Notes: a model not told the origin generated them from the sequence alone. 62,984 bases of DNA, filler included, from Octopus bimaculoides (GCF_001194135.2; 3 parts of 3 records of this genome joined end to end with filler, not necessarily neighbours in it), one strand, 5' to 3'. Counted from the first letter of the whole stretch, positions 21,490 through 35,345 are shown. A program made the numbers and translations.

Positions 21490-23115
21490 ACATAATCTTT
21501 TCCTTTGTTACTGTTCTTCAACTAGGTTGGGTTCGATTATTTCCCTACATCTCTTTTTACAGATACATAGCGTAAGCTTTACCGAGGAGGCTCAAGAACG
21601 AGACTCCTCAATAATTATACTACTCGCTATCATTTCCCTTTTTAAACATTGGGATTACTACCTCTGATTGCCATAGCTTTGGTGTCTTTCCAGAGGTCTA
21701 AACCACCTGGCATACACGAGCCACCCAGAGAATATCTTCTCAATTTAAGGTTTTTAATATCTTAGGTCGAATTACAGCCTCTACAGCAGCCTTGCCGCAT
21801 TTGAGCGCTTTAATAGCCTTTATGATTTCAGCCTCTATGTGGTTAATCTTCGCCCTTAGACACACCTCGTGTTCACCAGAAGATTTTATCGTGATTGGAT
21901 TTAGATCAGCAAAGTATACTTTCCACTTCTTAAGTATTCTCTTCACTATCAAGAAAACTCCCGCCGAGTTATTAATGGCAGATGTAGAAGAGAGTTTCTC
22001 GTTACGAAGTCAGCGGTTGGTCTGCCAGAATACTTTATTGGTTAATCTAAGGTCAGGGCCCAGCTTAATACCAGCGTCCTCCCTTGACTTTATCTTAGAC
22101 ATTTTTACTTTCTCTGCTGCAACTTTTCGCCTCAGTGTACCACATACCCCAAAAAGGAGACTTGTTTCCAAACCAAGCTTTGCAAGTCTCCTTCTTTGTT
22201 TCCTTGGTTAAACCGAGGTGAGTGGATGTCACCTGGCGCAACATCAAGCTACTTTCGTCCACTGCATTGTACAGCCGAATAAGAAACTGCTGAAGAAAAC
22301 AATTGTCACACCGTTTCGAATTCTCAGTTTGATCAAGAAGGTACCTGAATTTGGATGCAATAGCGTCCGCATATGTATTTCGGATCCAGTCATCCGCCAG
22401 GACTTCTTTCTTTACTCTGTCAGTCGAACACTTTTGAGAGTTTTCCATGTTGTAAATAGTCTCAAGTTACAAACAACTACGCAGTGACCAGTTGATGACT
22501 CAGCTCCTGTCTTTACACGAACATCCAGCACTCAATTAAAGAGAGCTGAGACGATAACAAAGGCTATTAGTGACTTCTATCCTAAAGTATCCTAATACCA
22601 AGTTTGCATATGGATATCCCTGTGTCCATCATGGAGAGCCCATTTCCAACACAGAAGTCTAGTAAGGCTTCATCATTCGCAAGGGGTTCAGAGTCGCTAT
22701 TCCATCCAATCACAACTTTGCACATCTGGTGCATTGCAATCTCTTTATAGGACAAATGACTGTCTTAATTACGTCTAAAACAGCAGTGGCCTCGCTGTTT
22801 CGTACATATACTTGCAGCAGCTATAGTGGTACTTCCTTTAGCCTAAACTTCAAAATGGGGGATCCACTCCATAACACAATTTGACTACCGGAAGCTTGAG
22901 TATCCTCTCTTTCGCTTGTGCTGACATAATTGGCACCAAACCTGAATAGTAGAATTTTCAAGCCTCCATCCAAATCTACGTGCCGGATCCAAACAATATT
23001 GTAGAAGAGACACAGACTATATCTAGCCGGTAGCGTTTGGCCTCCTCGACTAGTTTCTGCTCTTTACCTCTAAGGATTCTAGCCTCTTTGACAGTTGTTC
23101 CATCTTAGGCCTGCT
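21490..23115 (-). mobile_element. Decayed RTE-type LINE (APE endonuclease, linker and RT start)
   Basis: Minus-strand motifs with many stops: ...AKRYRLDIVCV-like and DLDGG.K (endonuclease); KWKVYFADLNP; EAEIIKAIKALKCGKA; RVCQVV*TSGKTPKLWQSEVVIPMFKKG...Y*GVSFLSLLGKAYA. Confidence 0.75.
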
Positions 23116-24917
23116 TCGGAATCCTGAGAAAAGTATGTTTTGTGCTGTCACTCCCTCACCACACACAGACACACACACACACACCAGTACAAGTTGCAGG
23201 ATTCTTGTTAGTTCTACCGACATTGCGTGCAATGCATTTTTCGTACGGACCCTCCACCTAAAATCGAAACACGTCCTTGTTAACCCCACACGACGGACGG
23301 TGCAATATGATTGTTCTCTCGAACTCTTCATATTGAATATTTTCGTGGTCTTATTTGCACCAGGCACCAAGTTGTTATTTGTATTGGACTCTCGAATACA
23401 TACATACATACATAATACATACATACACATATATATATATATATATATATANNNNNNNNNNNNNNNNNNNNNNNNNNNNNNNNNNNNNNNNNNNNNNNNN
23501 NNNNNNNNNNNNNNNNNNNNNNNNNNNNNNNNNNNNNNNNNNNNNNNNNNNNNNNNNNNNNNNNNNNNNNNNNNNNNNNNNNNNNNNNNNNNNNNNNNNN
23601 NNNNNNNNNNNNNNNNNNNNNNNNNNNNNNNNNNNNNNNNNNNNNNNNNNNNNNNNNNNNNNNNNNNNNNNNNNNNNNNNNNNNNNNNNNNNNNNNNNNN
23701 NNNNNNNNNNNNNNNNNNNNNNNNNNNNNNNNNNNNNNNNNNNNNNNNNNNNNNNNNNNNNNNNNNNNNNNNNNNNNNNNNNNNNNNNNNNNNNNNNNNN
23801 NNNNNNNNNNNNNNNNNNNNAGATAGATAGATAGCTATATGTACGTATATACATGTGTATATACATATATATATATATATACATATATACATATACAGAT
23901 AGATGAAAAGATAGATAGATAGCTATATGTACGTATATACATGTGTATATACATATATATATATATATACATACATATATGTATGTATGTTTGTATGTAT
24001 TCATATATATCTCGTTTCATTCGTTAATCATATGTATATATGTATGTATGTATGAATGCATGTATGTATGTATACATGCATGTGTAAATATGTATAGACA
24101 GAGAGGCAGAGAGACAGTTAGATAGATAACATTCTTCTTTTAGAACTGCATGGAAGGATTCCATTCCAGGAACGATCATACACGTGTGTATATGTATGTA
24201 TATACTACTTCAGAAAGTATTACTGGTCTTACCAAAAAATAGTGATATGTGTGCTTGTATTTAACTGTGGTGATTTCGAGTGATCGTCTGCATATGTGTG
24301 TGCATGCGCACGAGAACGCTTTATACGTAGTCGTACGACCTGCTATAAAAAGGAAGCTAAAATTTCCTCAACTAAACACACTACCAACTTTAAAAACTGG
24401 AAACATTAAACAATGTAATCCTTCAATATATAAAGAGAAATTACTCTTAGTATCAGTTTTATGCTTGATCAGGGCGAGTCTGAGATCAAGTGACAACAAA
24501 TACACATTTCATGATGAGAATGTGACACTTTATCTGCACAACTTCGAGGATTTATGTATCATAAGTTGACCTTATCTGAATGATCTCTTCTTCAAACAGA
24601 GGCTATCTCTAGCGTCTATCTACAAAGTTATCTATGATATTGTGGGCGTTCACTGATGTTGTGACAATGCATTTTTGTTTGTTTATTGTTGCTGTTGTAC
24701 TTGTTCTTTTTTTTTTACTTATTTTATCCTTTATTTTATTCGTTTCTGTTGTTATTGTTGTACTTTATTTCATCTGAAGGATGAAAAGTTAGTCTCTCCG
24801 AAAAGTTAGTCTCTCCGAAAAGTTAGTCGTTACAAATCTTTTCGTTGTTTAAGTTCATTGACATTTGTCGAAGCAAACAGCCAACAGCTGTCTCGTAGAA
24901 TTCTGTTGATAATATAG

Positions 24918-25106
24918 ATGGATGGACGAACTGATGGATGGATGGACGAACTGATGGATGGATGGACGAACTGATGGATGGATGGACGAACTGATGGATG
25001 GNNNNNNNNNNATGGACGAACTGATGGATGGATGGACGAACTGATGGATGGATGGACGAACTGATGGATGGATGGACGAACTGATGGATGGATGGATGGA
25101 TGGATG
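24918..25106. repeat. 20-bp minisatellite (GATGGATGGACGAACTGATG)n
   Basis: About nine near-identical units around a 10-N gap. Confidence 0.95.
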
Positions 25107-25390
25107 AAACATTAGACAATGAAATCCTAAATATAGGAGAACTTTATGATACATAGTTCTCGAATGCTGAGTCAGGTAAATTATCACTTTCTCATCATGA
25201 ACTGTTTGTAGTTGTAACTTAACTTCAGGTTAACCGTGATCGAGCAGGATATTCATGATCAAAGGCTTTCCTGATATGACCATATTATCTTTTATATACA
25301 GTTGAAATTTACAGAAAAAACAAAAGGCGAAGACAGGTGTGTGGACAACAAGCAGGTGTATTAGTTTGACGCTCGAGAAGGTGAGAAAGT

Positions 25391-25426
25391 CTTTTACGTT
25401 TCGAGCCTACGTCCTTCGACAGAAAG
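25391..25426 (-). ncRNA. Putative minimal type I hammerhead ribozyme (imperfect copy)
   Basis: Minus strand cttt-CTGTCGA-a-ggac-gtag-gctc-GAAA-cg-TA-aaag: 4-bp stem I, stem II with one mismatch, loopless palindromic stem III. Confidence 0.4.
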
Positions 25427-26025
25427 GAATAAAAGAAAATAAACAGAGAAAGAATGAAAAAACTTGTGGATTTAGCAATCAAGCATGGCGGCTATATATA
25501 TANNNNNNNNNNNNNNNNNNNNNNNNNNNNNNNNNNNNNNNNNNNNNNNNNNNNNNNNNNNNNNNNNNNNNNNNNNNNNNNNNNNNNNNNNNNNNNNNNN
25601 NNNNNNNNNNNNNNNNNNNNNNNNNNNNNNNNNNNNNNNNNNNNNNNNNNNNNNNNNNNNNNNNNNNNNNNNNNNNNNNNNNNNNNNNNNNNNNNNNNNN
25701 NNNNNNNNNNNNNNNNNNNNNNNNNNNNNNNNNNNNNNNNNNNNNNNNNNNNNNNNNNNNNNNNNNNNNNNNNNNNNNNNNNNNNNNNNNNNNNNNNNNN
25801 NNNNNNNNNNNNNNNNNNNNNNNNNNNNNNNNNNNNNNNNNNNNNNNNNNNNNNNNNNNNNNNNNNNNNNNNNNNNNNNNNNNNNNNNNNNNNNNNNNNN
25901 NNNNNNNNNNNNNNNNNNNNNNNNNNNNNNNNNNNNNNNNNNNNNNNNNNNNNNNNNNNNNNNNNNNNNNNNNNNNNNNNNNNNNNNNNNNNNNNNNNNN
26001 NNNNNNNNNNNNNNNNNNNNNNNNN

Positions 26026-26057
<32 letters not shown>

Positions 26058-26244
26058 GTGTTTAGATAGAGGGCGTGGGTAAAATAACAATTAGATAGAT
26101 GGTTAAAAGATGAATGAATGGATGAATAGGATTAATGATTGAAGGGATTGATAAGATGGACGGATGTGTAGCTTGATTGACTGTCAGGAGGCGGATCGAC
26201 AGACTTTCAGTTCTTTTACATCACTCAAATCAAATGTCTCAAGT

Positions 26245-26440
26245 ATCATCTTTTGAGGTATCTCAGAATCTCAGCCGTTTCCCCCTTAGCTTGAACGTTT
26301 CTCCTGAGATGGGCAGCGAGCATTAAATTAGTCTTCGCTTTGCAGAAGAGTTCCACCTGCTGTGTTTCGTCAACCACAGCCATCTTGAGCTACTTTCAGC
26401 TGCCATGCATATCTTATTGATGGCTTCCTTCAGTTGTCTG
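26245..26440 (-). mobile_element. 3' stub of an R2/Hero-like (RLE-type) non-LTR retrotransposon
   Basis: RQLKEAINKICMAAESSSRWLWLTKHSRWNS resembles the Hero C-terminal AE..S.WLW.KR...W motif. Confidence 0.55.
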
Positions 26441-27512
26441 AAATGAATTAATTTTTGTCTATATTAAACAGATGACTCATCGCTTATAAATATTTAAAAT
26501 TTTATAGTTATTTTTCAGGTCATGGAAACTAATTAAGGGTTAAGTGCATTTTTATTGTTGTGTTTATAACTATGTTTATTGCTTTCAAACTTGAATCAGT
26601 CTTGCAGTTTCTAATCAGTTTTATTATATTTTTATGACTAATTGTCTCGAGAGATTGATAAAGTAATTCGAGCCCAACCTACCGTTTCGATTGTGTTTTC
26701 CTGTAAGGTGAAGTACGTGCCGAAATCAAGAAGTGTAATTTAATCAGCGATGAGTGTGTTGTAAGAGGAGAAGACATTTGTGATCTTTACACTATTAAAT
26801 CGGACACGCAAGTACGATGACACTTTCTCTATAAGGAGCCATTGCAGCACACTATAACACACTACATGAGACATAGATTAAATAGTAGAAGATTAGTTCA
26901 TAGTATTACAATGCTAGAATTATGGTGGGCTGAAAATTAAGGATGAAAGTATTTTAGTAAGTCAATCCGCATGTTCTTTCGTATTAATCACCATGAATAT
27001 GTCATCGCTGTAATTGGTGCGTGTGGTTTGGTTACGTTTAACGATAACTATGTTTTGCTAATGCTATACCCATTCGGGTTCACGTATGCGGCGTTATATG
27101 CAACGCCACAAACCCAAATGGATATAGAATTTTGCAAAAAAGAAAAAAAAAGTAACTTGGGATGTTTTATCATTAGTAAACCCGCACACATGAAAAAAAA
27201 ACTACGAAAGCCACTAGGAGTAAAACGTTATCCAATACTAAATTCGGCGACGACAATTTTATAAAGTTACAACATTATCCCTCATGATCCTTCGCTTTCT
27301 ACTGTAAATCTCGCCAAAAAAATTGCCACTACAATTATCAATTTATTCGGAGGACGAGGTGGAAAGGACGTTAAATGTTACTGGACTTCGGAAATGCTAT
27401 TGTTCCAAACTGCACTTAAATCTACTAATGAGGAAATATGAAAAATCATTAGTAAAAGAAACTTAAACTAAAACGTGACGGTCTTGTCATCAATACAACA
27501 TGCTTGAAACGG

Positions 27513-27722
27513 ACGACGAGCTAGCAAAATCGTTAGCACGCCGGGTGAAATACTTAGCGGTATTTCGTCTGTCTTTATGTTCTGAGTTCTAATTCCGCCA
27601 AGGTCGACTTTGACTTTCATCCTTTTAGGAACGATAAAATAAGTATCAGATGAGCACTGGAGTCGATGTAATCGACTTACATCATCCCCGAAATTCTTGA
27701 ACCTGTGCCAAAACTTGAAACC
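27513..27722 (+). mobile_element. OR1-like SINE
   Basis: gacgagctagcaaaatcgttagcacgccggg...gagttctaattccgcc...gtcgatgtaatcgactta...gtgccaaaacttgaaac. Confidence 0.88.
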
Positions 27723-29634
27723 AAATTTTGAGCTGCAAGGCCCTATTTCATAGCATTTTATTTGTATAATGTATATTTATTTAATTTATGTTTGTATGTT
27801 CACATTCTGTCGTGTTTGGTCTCTTGTATGTTTGCTCGCTATTTCCCAGCGGCTTCTCATCACCAACACCACCAAAAGAGAATAATATTATGGTTAAAGG
27901 CGTGAAATTATTATGAATTTTGGACGATAACTAATAAAGATTTAGCGACATACTACGTGTGTATTTTCCCTTTGTTACATCTGCTTTTATTTCTCTATAA
28001 TCTTTGATTATACACGCACATATACATACATTTATCTATATAAAATATTAAAACATATAGCATATTCCTGGTAGCTTACCGGTAAAGTACGTTCATACCT
28101 TAAGGTATGGATGAATTAAATTTAGCTCTAACTTTCCCATTCTTACAAACACCAAGTAGCAATTTAATTCGCTATGTGAACGTATATGCACCAAACCACA
28201 CGTGTACGTATGTTTACATCTCCGTGGATGTTTGTATGCGCGAGTGCACATGCGTCATACAAGCTAGGCGAGGGCGTCTATACATCCATATCCGTTAACG
28301 TTTCTTTTTTGCATCTTTTTTGTATTCGTTTCTTTTTTGCATCTGTTATTTTTTTATTAATGCTCTTCTGTATAAATGAAGCTCTATCCTCTAATTTACT
28401 ACTTTTCTTCATACGAACCGAGAAGTCACTTTGCGAAATAGTCGTTATTTTAACGAGTTGCAACTATTTATCACCCGAAGAGATACATCTGTACCTAACC
28501 AGATTATGCTCCTAGCCAGTTGTTAAGTATCCCAACAGCGAGGGATCGATGCTAGGAGAGTCGAAACAATCGTAATGATTAATAAATAATCTCGTATCTT
28601 CTATTTTGTGTCTCTCATTAACCAAATACATTTATCTATATGTATATATACATAATATATACATGCATCCGTGCATGCATATATACATATATCTTATTCA
28701 ATATATATATATATATATATATANNNNNNNNNNNNNNNNNNNNNNNNNNNNNNNNNNNNNNNNNNNNNNNNNNNNNNNNNNNNNNNNNNNNNNNNNNNNN
28801 NNNNNNNNNNNNNNNNNNNNNNNNNNNNNNNNNNNNNNNNNNNNNNNNNNNNNNNNNNNNNNNNNNNNNNNNNNNNNNNNNNNNNNNNNNNNNNNNNNNN
28901 NNNNNNNNNNNNNNNNNNNNNNNNNNNNNNNNNNNNNNNNNNNNNNNNNNNNNNNNNNNNNNNNNNNNNNNNNNNNNNNNNNNNNNNNNNNNNNNNNNNN
29001 NNNNNNNNNNNNNNNNNNNNNNNNNNNNNNNNNNNNNNNNNNNNNNNNNNNNNNNNNNNNNNNNNNNNNNNNNNNNNNNNNNNNNNNNNNNNNNNNNNNN
29101 NNNNNNNNNNNNNNNNNNNNNNNNNNNNNNNNNNNNNNNNNNNNNNNNNNNNNNNNNNNNNNNNNNNNNNNNNNNNNNNNNNNNNNNNNNNNNNNNNNNN
29201 NNNNNNNNNNNNNNNNNNNNNNNNNNNNNNNNNNNNNNNNNNNNNNNNNNNNNNNNNNNNNNNNNNNNNNNNNNNNNNNNNNNNNNNNNNNNNNNNNNNN
29301 NNNNNNNNNNNNNNNNNNNNNNNNNNNNNNNNNNNNNNNNNNNNNNNNNNNNNNNNNNNNNNNNNNNNNNNNNNNNNNNNNNNNNNNNNNNNNNNNNNNN
29401 NNNNNNNNNNNNNNNNNNNNNNNNNNNNNNNNNNNNNNNNNNNNNNNNNNNNNNNNNNNNNNNNNNNNNNNNNNNNNNNNNNNNNNNNNNNNNNNNNNNN
29501 NNNNNNNNNNNNNNNNNNNNNNNNNNNNNNNNNNNNNNNNNNNNNNNNNNNNNNNNNNNNNNNNNNNNTGTATTGAGCAATTTATTTTGCTGAACCTATC
29601 AACAAATGAAAAATACACTATTACACTACGTACA

Positions 29635-29675
<41 letters not shown>

Positions 29676-29699
29676 ATAACACCTGAAAGTAGGTGCTTT

Positions 29700-29939
29700 T
29701 TCCATTCACCAAAGTGAATGGAGCCTTGGCCAGGAGGAACTGATGTCATCAGACAGTATCCAGCGTTCATCGGGTGTTCCGACGCTAAACCGTAACATCC
29801 TCTCGTTGGTGGGTCACTAGAGGTGGTCAAATCACTGCTCTTCATCTCCTCCTGGCTTCCATCTTAACTCTCATCTCTTGCTCTAAAGCCAACAAGTGGC
29901 TCTTTCATCAGCCTCCACAATCATGCGCACAGCCACCTT

Positions 29940-29940
<1 letters not shown>
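29700..29940 (-). mobile_element. Second R2/Hero-like 3' stub with 3' UTR
   Basis: KVAVRMIVEADERATCWL*SKR*ELRWKPGG carries the same C-terminal motif as 26245-26440. Confidence 0.55.
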
Positions 29941-29978
<38 letters not shown>

Positions 29979-29989
29979 ATATATAAATA

Positions 29990-30181
29990 TAGATATTATT
30001 ATTATTATTAGTAGTAGTAGTAAATAAATAATAATGATGATGATGATGATGATAATAATAATAGTAATAATAATAATAATAGTAATAGTAATAGTAATAG
30101 TAATAGTAATAGTAGTAGTAATAGTAAGAGTAATAGTAGTAGTAATAGTAGTAGTAAAAGTAATAGTAATAGTAATAGTAA

Positions 30182-30222
<41 letters not shown>

Positions 30223-30291
30223 ATAGTAGTAGTAATTGTAACAGTAATAGTAACAGTAATAGTAGTAGTAATAGTAGTAGTAAAAGTAATA
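29990..30291. repeat. (AGT/AAT)n mosaic microsatellite running into a gap
   Basis: Directly visible. Confidence 0.95.
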
Positions 30292-31196
30292 NNNNNNNNN
30301 NNNNNNNNNNNNNNNNNNNNNNNNNNNNNNNNNNNNNNNNNNNNNNNNNNNNNNNNNNNNNNNNNNNNNNNNNNNNNNNNNNNNNNNNNNNNNNNNNNNN
30401 NNNNNNNNNNNNNNNNNNNNNNNNNNNNNNNNNNNNNNNNNNNNNNNNNNNNNNNNNNNNNNNNNNNNNNNNNNNNNNNNNNNNNNNNNNNNNNNNNNNN
30501 NNNNNNNNNNNNNNNNNNNNNNNNNNNNNNNNNNNNNNNNNNNNNNNNNNNNNNNNNNNNNNNNNNNNNNNNNNNNNNNNNNNNNNNNNNNNNNNNNNNN
30601 NNNNNNNNNNNNNNNNNNNNNNNNNNNNNNNNNNNNNNNNNNNNNNNNNNNNNNNNNNNNNNNNNNNNNNNNNNNNNNNNNNNNNNNNNNNNNNNNNNNN
30701 NNNNNNNNNNNNNNNNNNNNNNNNNNNNNNNNNNNNNNNNNNNNNNNNNNNNNNNNNNNNNNNNNNNNNNNNNNNNNNNNNNNNNNNNNNNNNNNNNNNN
30801 NNNNNNNNNNNNNNNNNNNNNNNNNNNNNNNNNNNNNNNNNNNNNNNNNNNNNNNNNNNNNNNNNNNNNNNNNNNNNNNNNNNNNNNNNNNNNNNNNNNN
30901 NNNNNNNNNNNNNNNNNNNNNNNNNNNNNNNNNNNNNNNNNNNNNNNNNNNNNNNNNNNNNNNNNNNNNNNNNNNNNNNNNNNNNNNNNNNNNNNNNNNN
31001 NNNNNNNNNNNNNNNNNNNNNNNNNNNNNNNNNNNNNNNNNNNNNNNNNNNNNNNNNNNNNNNNNNNNNNNNNNNNNNNNNNNNNNNNNNNNNNNNNNNN
31101 NNNNNNNNNNNNNNNNNNNNNNNNNNNNNNNNNNNNNNNNNNNNNNNNNNNNNNNNNNNNNNNNNNNNNNNNNNNNNNNNNNNNNNNNNNNNNNNN

Positions 31197-31800
<604 letters not shown>

Positions 31801-32160
31801 NNNNNNNNNNNNNNNNNNNNNNNNNNNNNNNNNNNNNNNNNNNNNNNNNNNNNNNNNNNNNNNNNNNNNNNNNNNNNNNNNNNNNNNNNNNNNNNNNNNN
31901 NNNNNNNNNNNNNNNNNNNNNNNNNNNNNNNNNNNNNNNNNNNNNNNNNNNNNNNNNNNNNNNNNNNNNNNNNNNNNNNNNNNNNNNNNNNNNNNNNNNN
32001 NNNNNNNNNNNNNNNNNNNNNNNNNNNNNNNNNNNNNNNNNNNNNNNNNNNNNNNNNNNNNNNNNNNNNNNNNNNNNNNNNNNNNNNNNNNNNNNNNNNN
32101 NNNNNNNNNNNNNNNNNNNNNNNNNNNNNNNNNNNNNNNNNNNNNNNNNNNNNNNNNNNN

Positions 32161-32232
32161 TTGTGTGTCTGTGTTTGCCCTCCACCATCACTTGACAACT
32201 GATGGTGTATTTATGTCCCCGTATATTAGCGG
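32161..32232 (+). mobile_element. OK-like SINE segment downstream of the internal microsatellite
   Basis: tgtgtctgtgtttgccctcc.ccatcacttgacaactgatggtgtatttatgtccccgta.attagcggt; recognised from recalled family consensus. Confidence 0.55.
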
Positions 32233-32287
32233 TATGTATGTGTATATATGTATGTATGCACATACACTGTATATGTCTTTGTGTATT

Positions 32288-32347
<60 letters not shown>

Positions 32348-32929
32348 TGTTTTTATGTGTATCTTCTATCTTTGCCTAGTCATTCATCAGTTTATCTGTG
32401 AGATATATCCAATGTATTGCGTCCAATACATTTTAACGAAGTAGTTATCTTTCCTTCTTCTCGCTCTCTTTGTTTTAAAAATACTTCAGTTCATCGATGC
32501 ATTTCAATTCACTGTATTACAAATGTCACACCCTACAGTATTTGTTTTTCGTATGCTGAGGATTGCCCTGCTTTTGTATTCCCACCGCTATATTGTTTTT
32601 ATTCATAATCAGCTCCGCTACATTAAACCCCATCTTTCTCTTTCTCTCCCTCTCTCTCTCCCTCTGTGCATACATACGTGTGTGGTGTGAGTGTATGTGT
32701 GTGTTTGTGTGTATTAGTGTTTGTTTTAAAGCTTTACATACATGAATATATTCTAAACAGTAATACTGGTCAACGAAGAATTTGTCCCAAGAAAAAGAAT
32801 ACCTGGATCGTATATGTCTTTTGAATGCAGAATTCAAAAATAATATCAAATTATTTGTGCCACACACAGTTTCTCTGTTCTACGATATCCCTCTCAGTTT
32901 CTTTTACGTGGGTTAAATTTCAGTTAATC

Positions 32930-35138
32930 TGCTGAAATATGAAGCTAATGGTCTAAGACGTACTCCTAATTTAAAAGTTTATAAATAGAATTGACCTAAT
33001 GAAATCATAAACCCAGCTATCTGAGCCAATGAATCACCGAAACTTGGCAACACTGAGTCGATGAGTCACCAATACTTTGCCTGTAGGCGTGCGGTTGTGT
33101 ACTAAGTTCACATATTCCATTCACCTTCATAATGCCGAGAAGTTGTATAAACATCGCAAACAACTTTTGCTATATTTGCGGTGACAATATTCAAGTCACA
33201 AAGACGACGTTTCACGCCGTTGATTAAAAAGTGCTATGGGCATTATTTTGACTGCAAAGTGGGTGACCAGGATAAAAGCTGAGCCCCTTATGTATGTTAT
33301 GTAACCTGTGTCAGGCTTGTCATTGCATGGTCCACAGGTTCACGCCAAATGCCTTTTGCCATCCCTATGATTTGGAGAGAGCCCAAAGATCTCACTTCAG
33401 ATTGCTACTTCTGCATGACGAATATACAAGGTATGACATCAAAATCCGAGCATACTGTAATATATCCTAATTTACAATTTGCTATGAGACTAGTACTTCA
33501 CAGTCAACACTTATCTGTACGTGACTCTCCAAAACAAATGAGACTTAGTGAAGACGAGTCAAGTGATGAAAATGTGGAGAAAGAAAGAGAAGACATGGAC
33601 TTTGAGCCTAACTGTTCTTCAAGTGAACCGCATTTGTTGAGTTAGGGAGATCTGAATGCGGGATTTAAACTTCTCGAAAAGCAAGTTGAACTTCTTGCTT
33701 CCAGGTTAAAGAGCTGGAATCTTCTCCAGAAAGAGACCAAAGTTAGTTTTTATCGTTTTCGGCATTGTGATTCTGCAAATTTTTTCTCACTTGAGGATGG
33801 TGTGGTGTTTTTTAATGATGCATATTCTGTTGCGGAGGAACGTAACCACAAATATAGCAGGAATAATGGCGTTCGTTTATTGACTTCTCAAAAGTAAAAT
33901 TTGAAAGCAGTTTTACTCCACAATGGAAATAAGTTTCCTTCTGTTCCTCTGGCCCGTGCAGCTAACATGAAGGAAACATATAAGAGTATGAAGCTTCTGT
34001 TGCAAAAAATTAAGTATGAGGAATATAAGTGGAATATTTGTGGTGTCCTAAAGGTTGTGGCACTTTTACTTGGAATGCAGCTGGGTTACATTAAGTTTCG
34101 TTGCTTTCTCTTTGAGTGGGACAGTCAGGATAGGAAAAATCATTATGAAAAGAATGTGCGGCCGAAACGATTTCTGACTCCTAGACAGAAGAACGTCATC
34201 AATCCTCTCCTTGTTGATTATGAGAAAATTTATTTGCTCCTTTGCATATTAAGCTTGTGTTGATGAAGAATTTTGTCAAAGGTATAGATAGAACTGACAA
34301 GGGACGTATTTGAAAATTAAATTTCCGGGAGTAAGTGACGGAAAAATCAAGGAAGGTATTTTTGTTGGGCCATAGATTAAGGAGCTGATGAGCGACCAAA
34401 GGTTTTATGAAGAGCTCAATGATGTTGAAAAAGCTGCGTGGCTGTCATTTAAGAAAGTTTGCAAAGAGATTTTGGGGAATCACAGAGCAGAGAACTATTC
34501 TGACATTGTGAAAAAGCTACTGACATCATACAAAACCTTGCGATGCAATATGAGCCTAAAAGTCCACTTCTTGAACTCTCACTTGGAGGTTTTTCCCTGC
34601 AAATATTGAGGCTGTCAGTGACGAGCACGGTGAGAAGTTTCACCAGGACATTCTGTACATGGAAACCTGGAACCAAGGAAAGTGGAGCTCTTCTATGTTG
34701 ACTGATTATTGTTGGTCACTAAAAAGTGACGTTCCAGAAGCTAAATACAGTCGAAAATCACACGCCTCTACGTTTAAAAGGTACGTTTCCATGTAATATC
34801 AGCCTAATTTTTGAATTCATGAAATACGATTATTTAACATTCTACATATGCTATCACAGAAAAACTATGACTTATAGAAAAATCTGAATACACACTTGAA
34901 TTCTGCAGAATACTAAATAAATTCACGTACTTTTTTTATGGGACAGAGTTTTTCATTAATTCTGCTGACCAGTTATAATTGTCAGTCTTATTTCTGTATT
35001 AATATCATACATTTATTGGGTATTTTAATTACTTTGTCACATAAAAACCATGCCTGATAGAAAAATTCTAAAAACAGATTCGAAATCTGCGTTAAAAATT
35101 ACTATAAAATTCACCTTCTTTAGTTCATTGGGCCAGTG
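32930..35138 (+). mobile_element. Chapaev3-like (CMC/CACTA-related) DNA transposon, decayed; right end intact
   Basis: Right terminus ...GGCCAGTG at 35131-35138 followed by TAA; duplicated subterminal motifs at about 34860-34930 and 35043-35115. The left TIR was not found, so the start is approximate. Confidence 0.7.
33132..34795 (+). pseudogene. Chapaev3-type DDE transposase pseudogene, near full length with stops and frameshifts
   Basis: MPRSCINIANNFCYICG...MPFAIPMIWREPKDLTSDCYFCM...KAVLLHNGNKFPSVPL...KEGIFVGP...NMSLKVHFLNSHL...VSDEHGEKFHQDI...DYCWSL. Confidence 0.88.
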
Positions 35139-35345
35139 TAATCAATAATCAATAATCAATAAAAAATTCTCCAAACCACAACTTCGTAAGATCTCCCACT
35201 AAAACCTAATTACCACTCCACTCACCCAGGAACCGAACTATATAAAGCCAAGGTAAATTCTAATCCATCACACTCTGACGATGACCGCAACTTCAAAGTC
35301 AAAGTCAACAATACTCTTGTTTAAGAATTATATACACACACACAG

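Noticed and set aside
23821-23975. About 88-bp tandem duplication of a compound microsatellite (similar case at about 60495-60640)
   Set aside because: Ordinary slippage or unequal exchange in simple repeats, or assembly noise.
24511-24579. Box C (ATGATGA) and box D (CTGA) about 65 nt apart, C/D snoRNA-like
   Set aside because: Only a 3-bp offset terminal stem, no clear C'/D' boxes and no identifiable rRNA complement; expected by chance.
35272-35315. CTGACGA-tGAC...GTC hammerhead-like motif
   Set aside because: No GAAA core and no stem I pairing.
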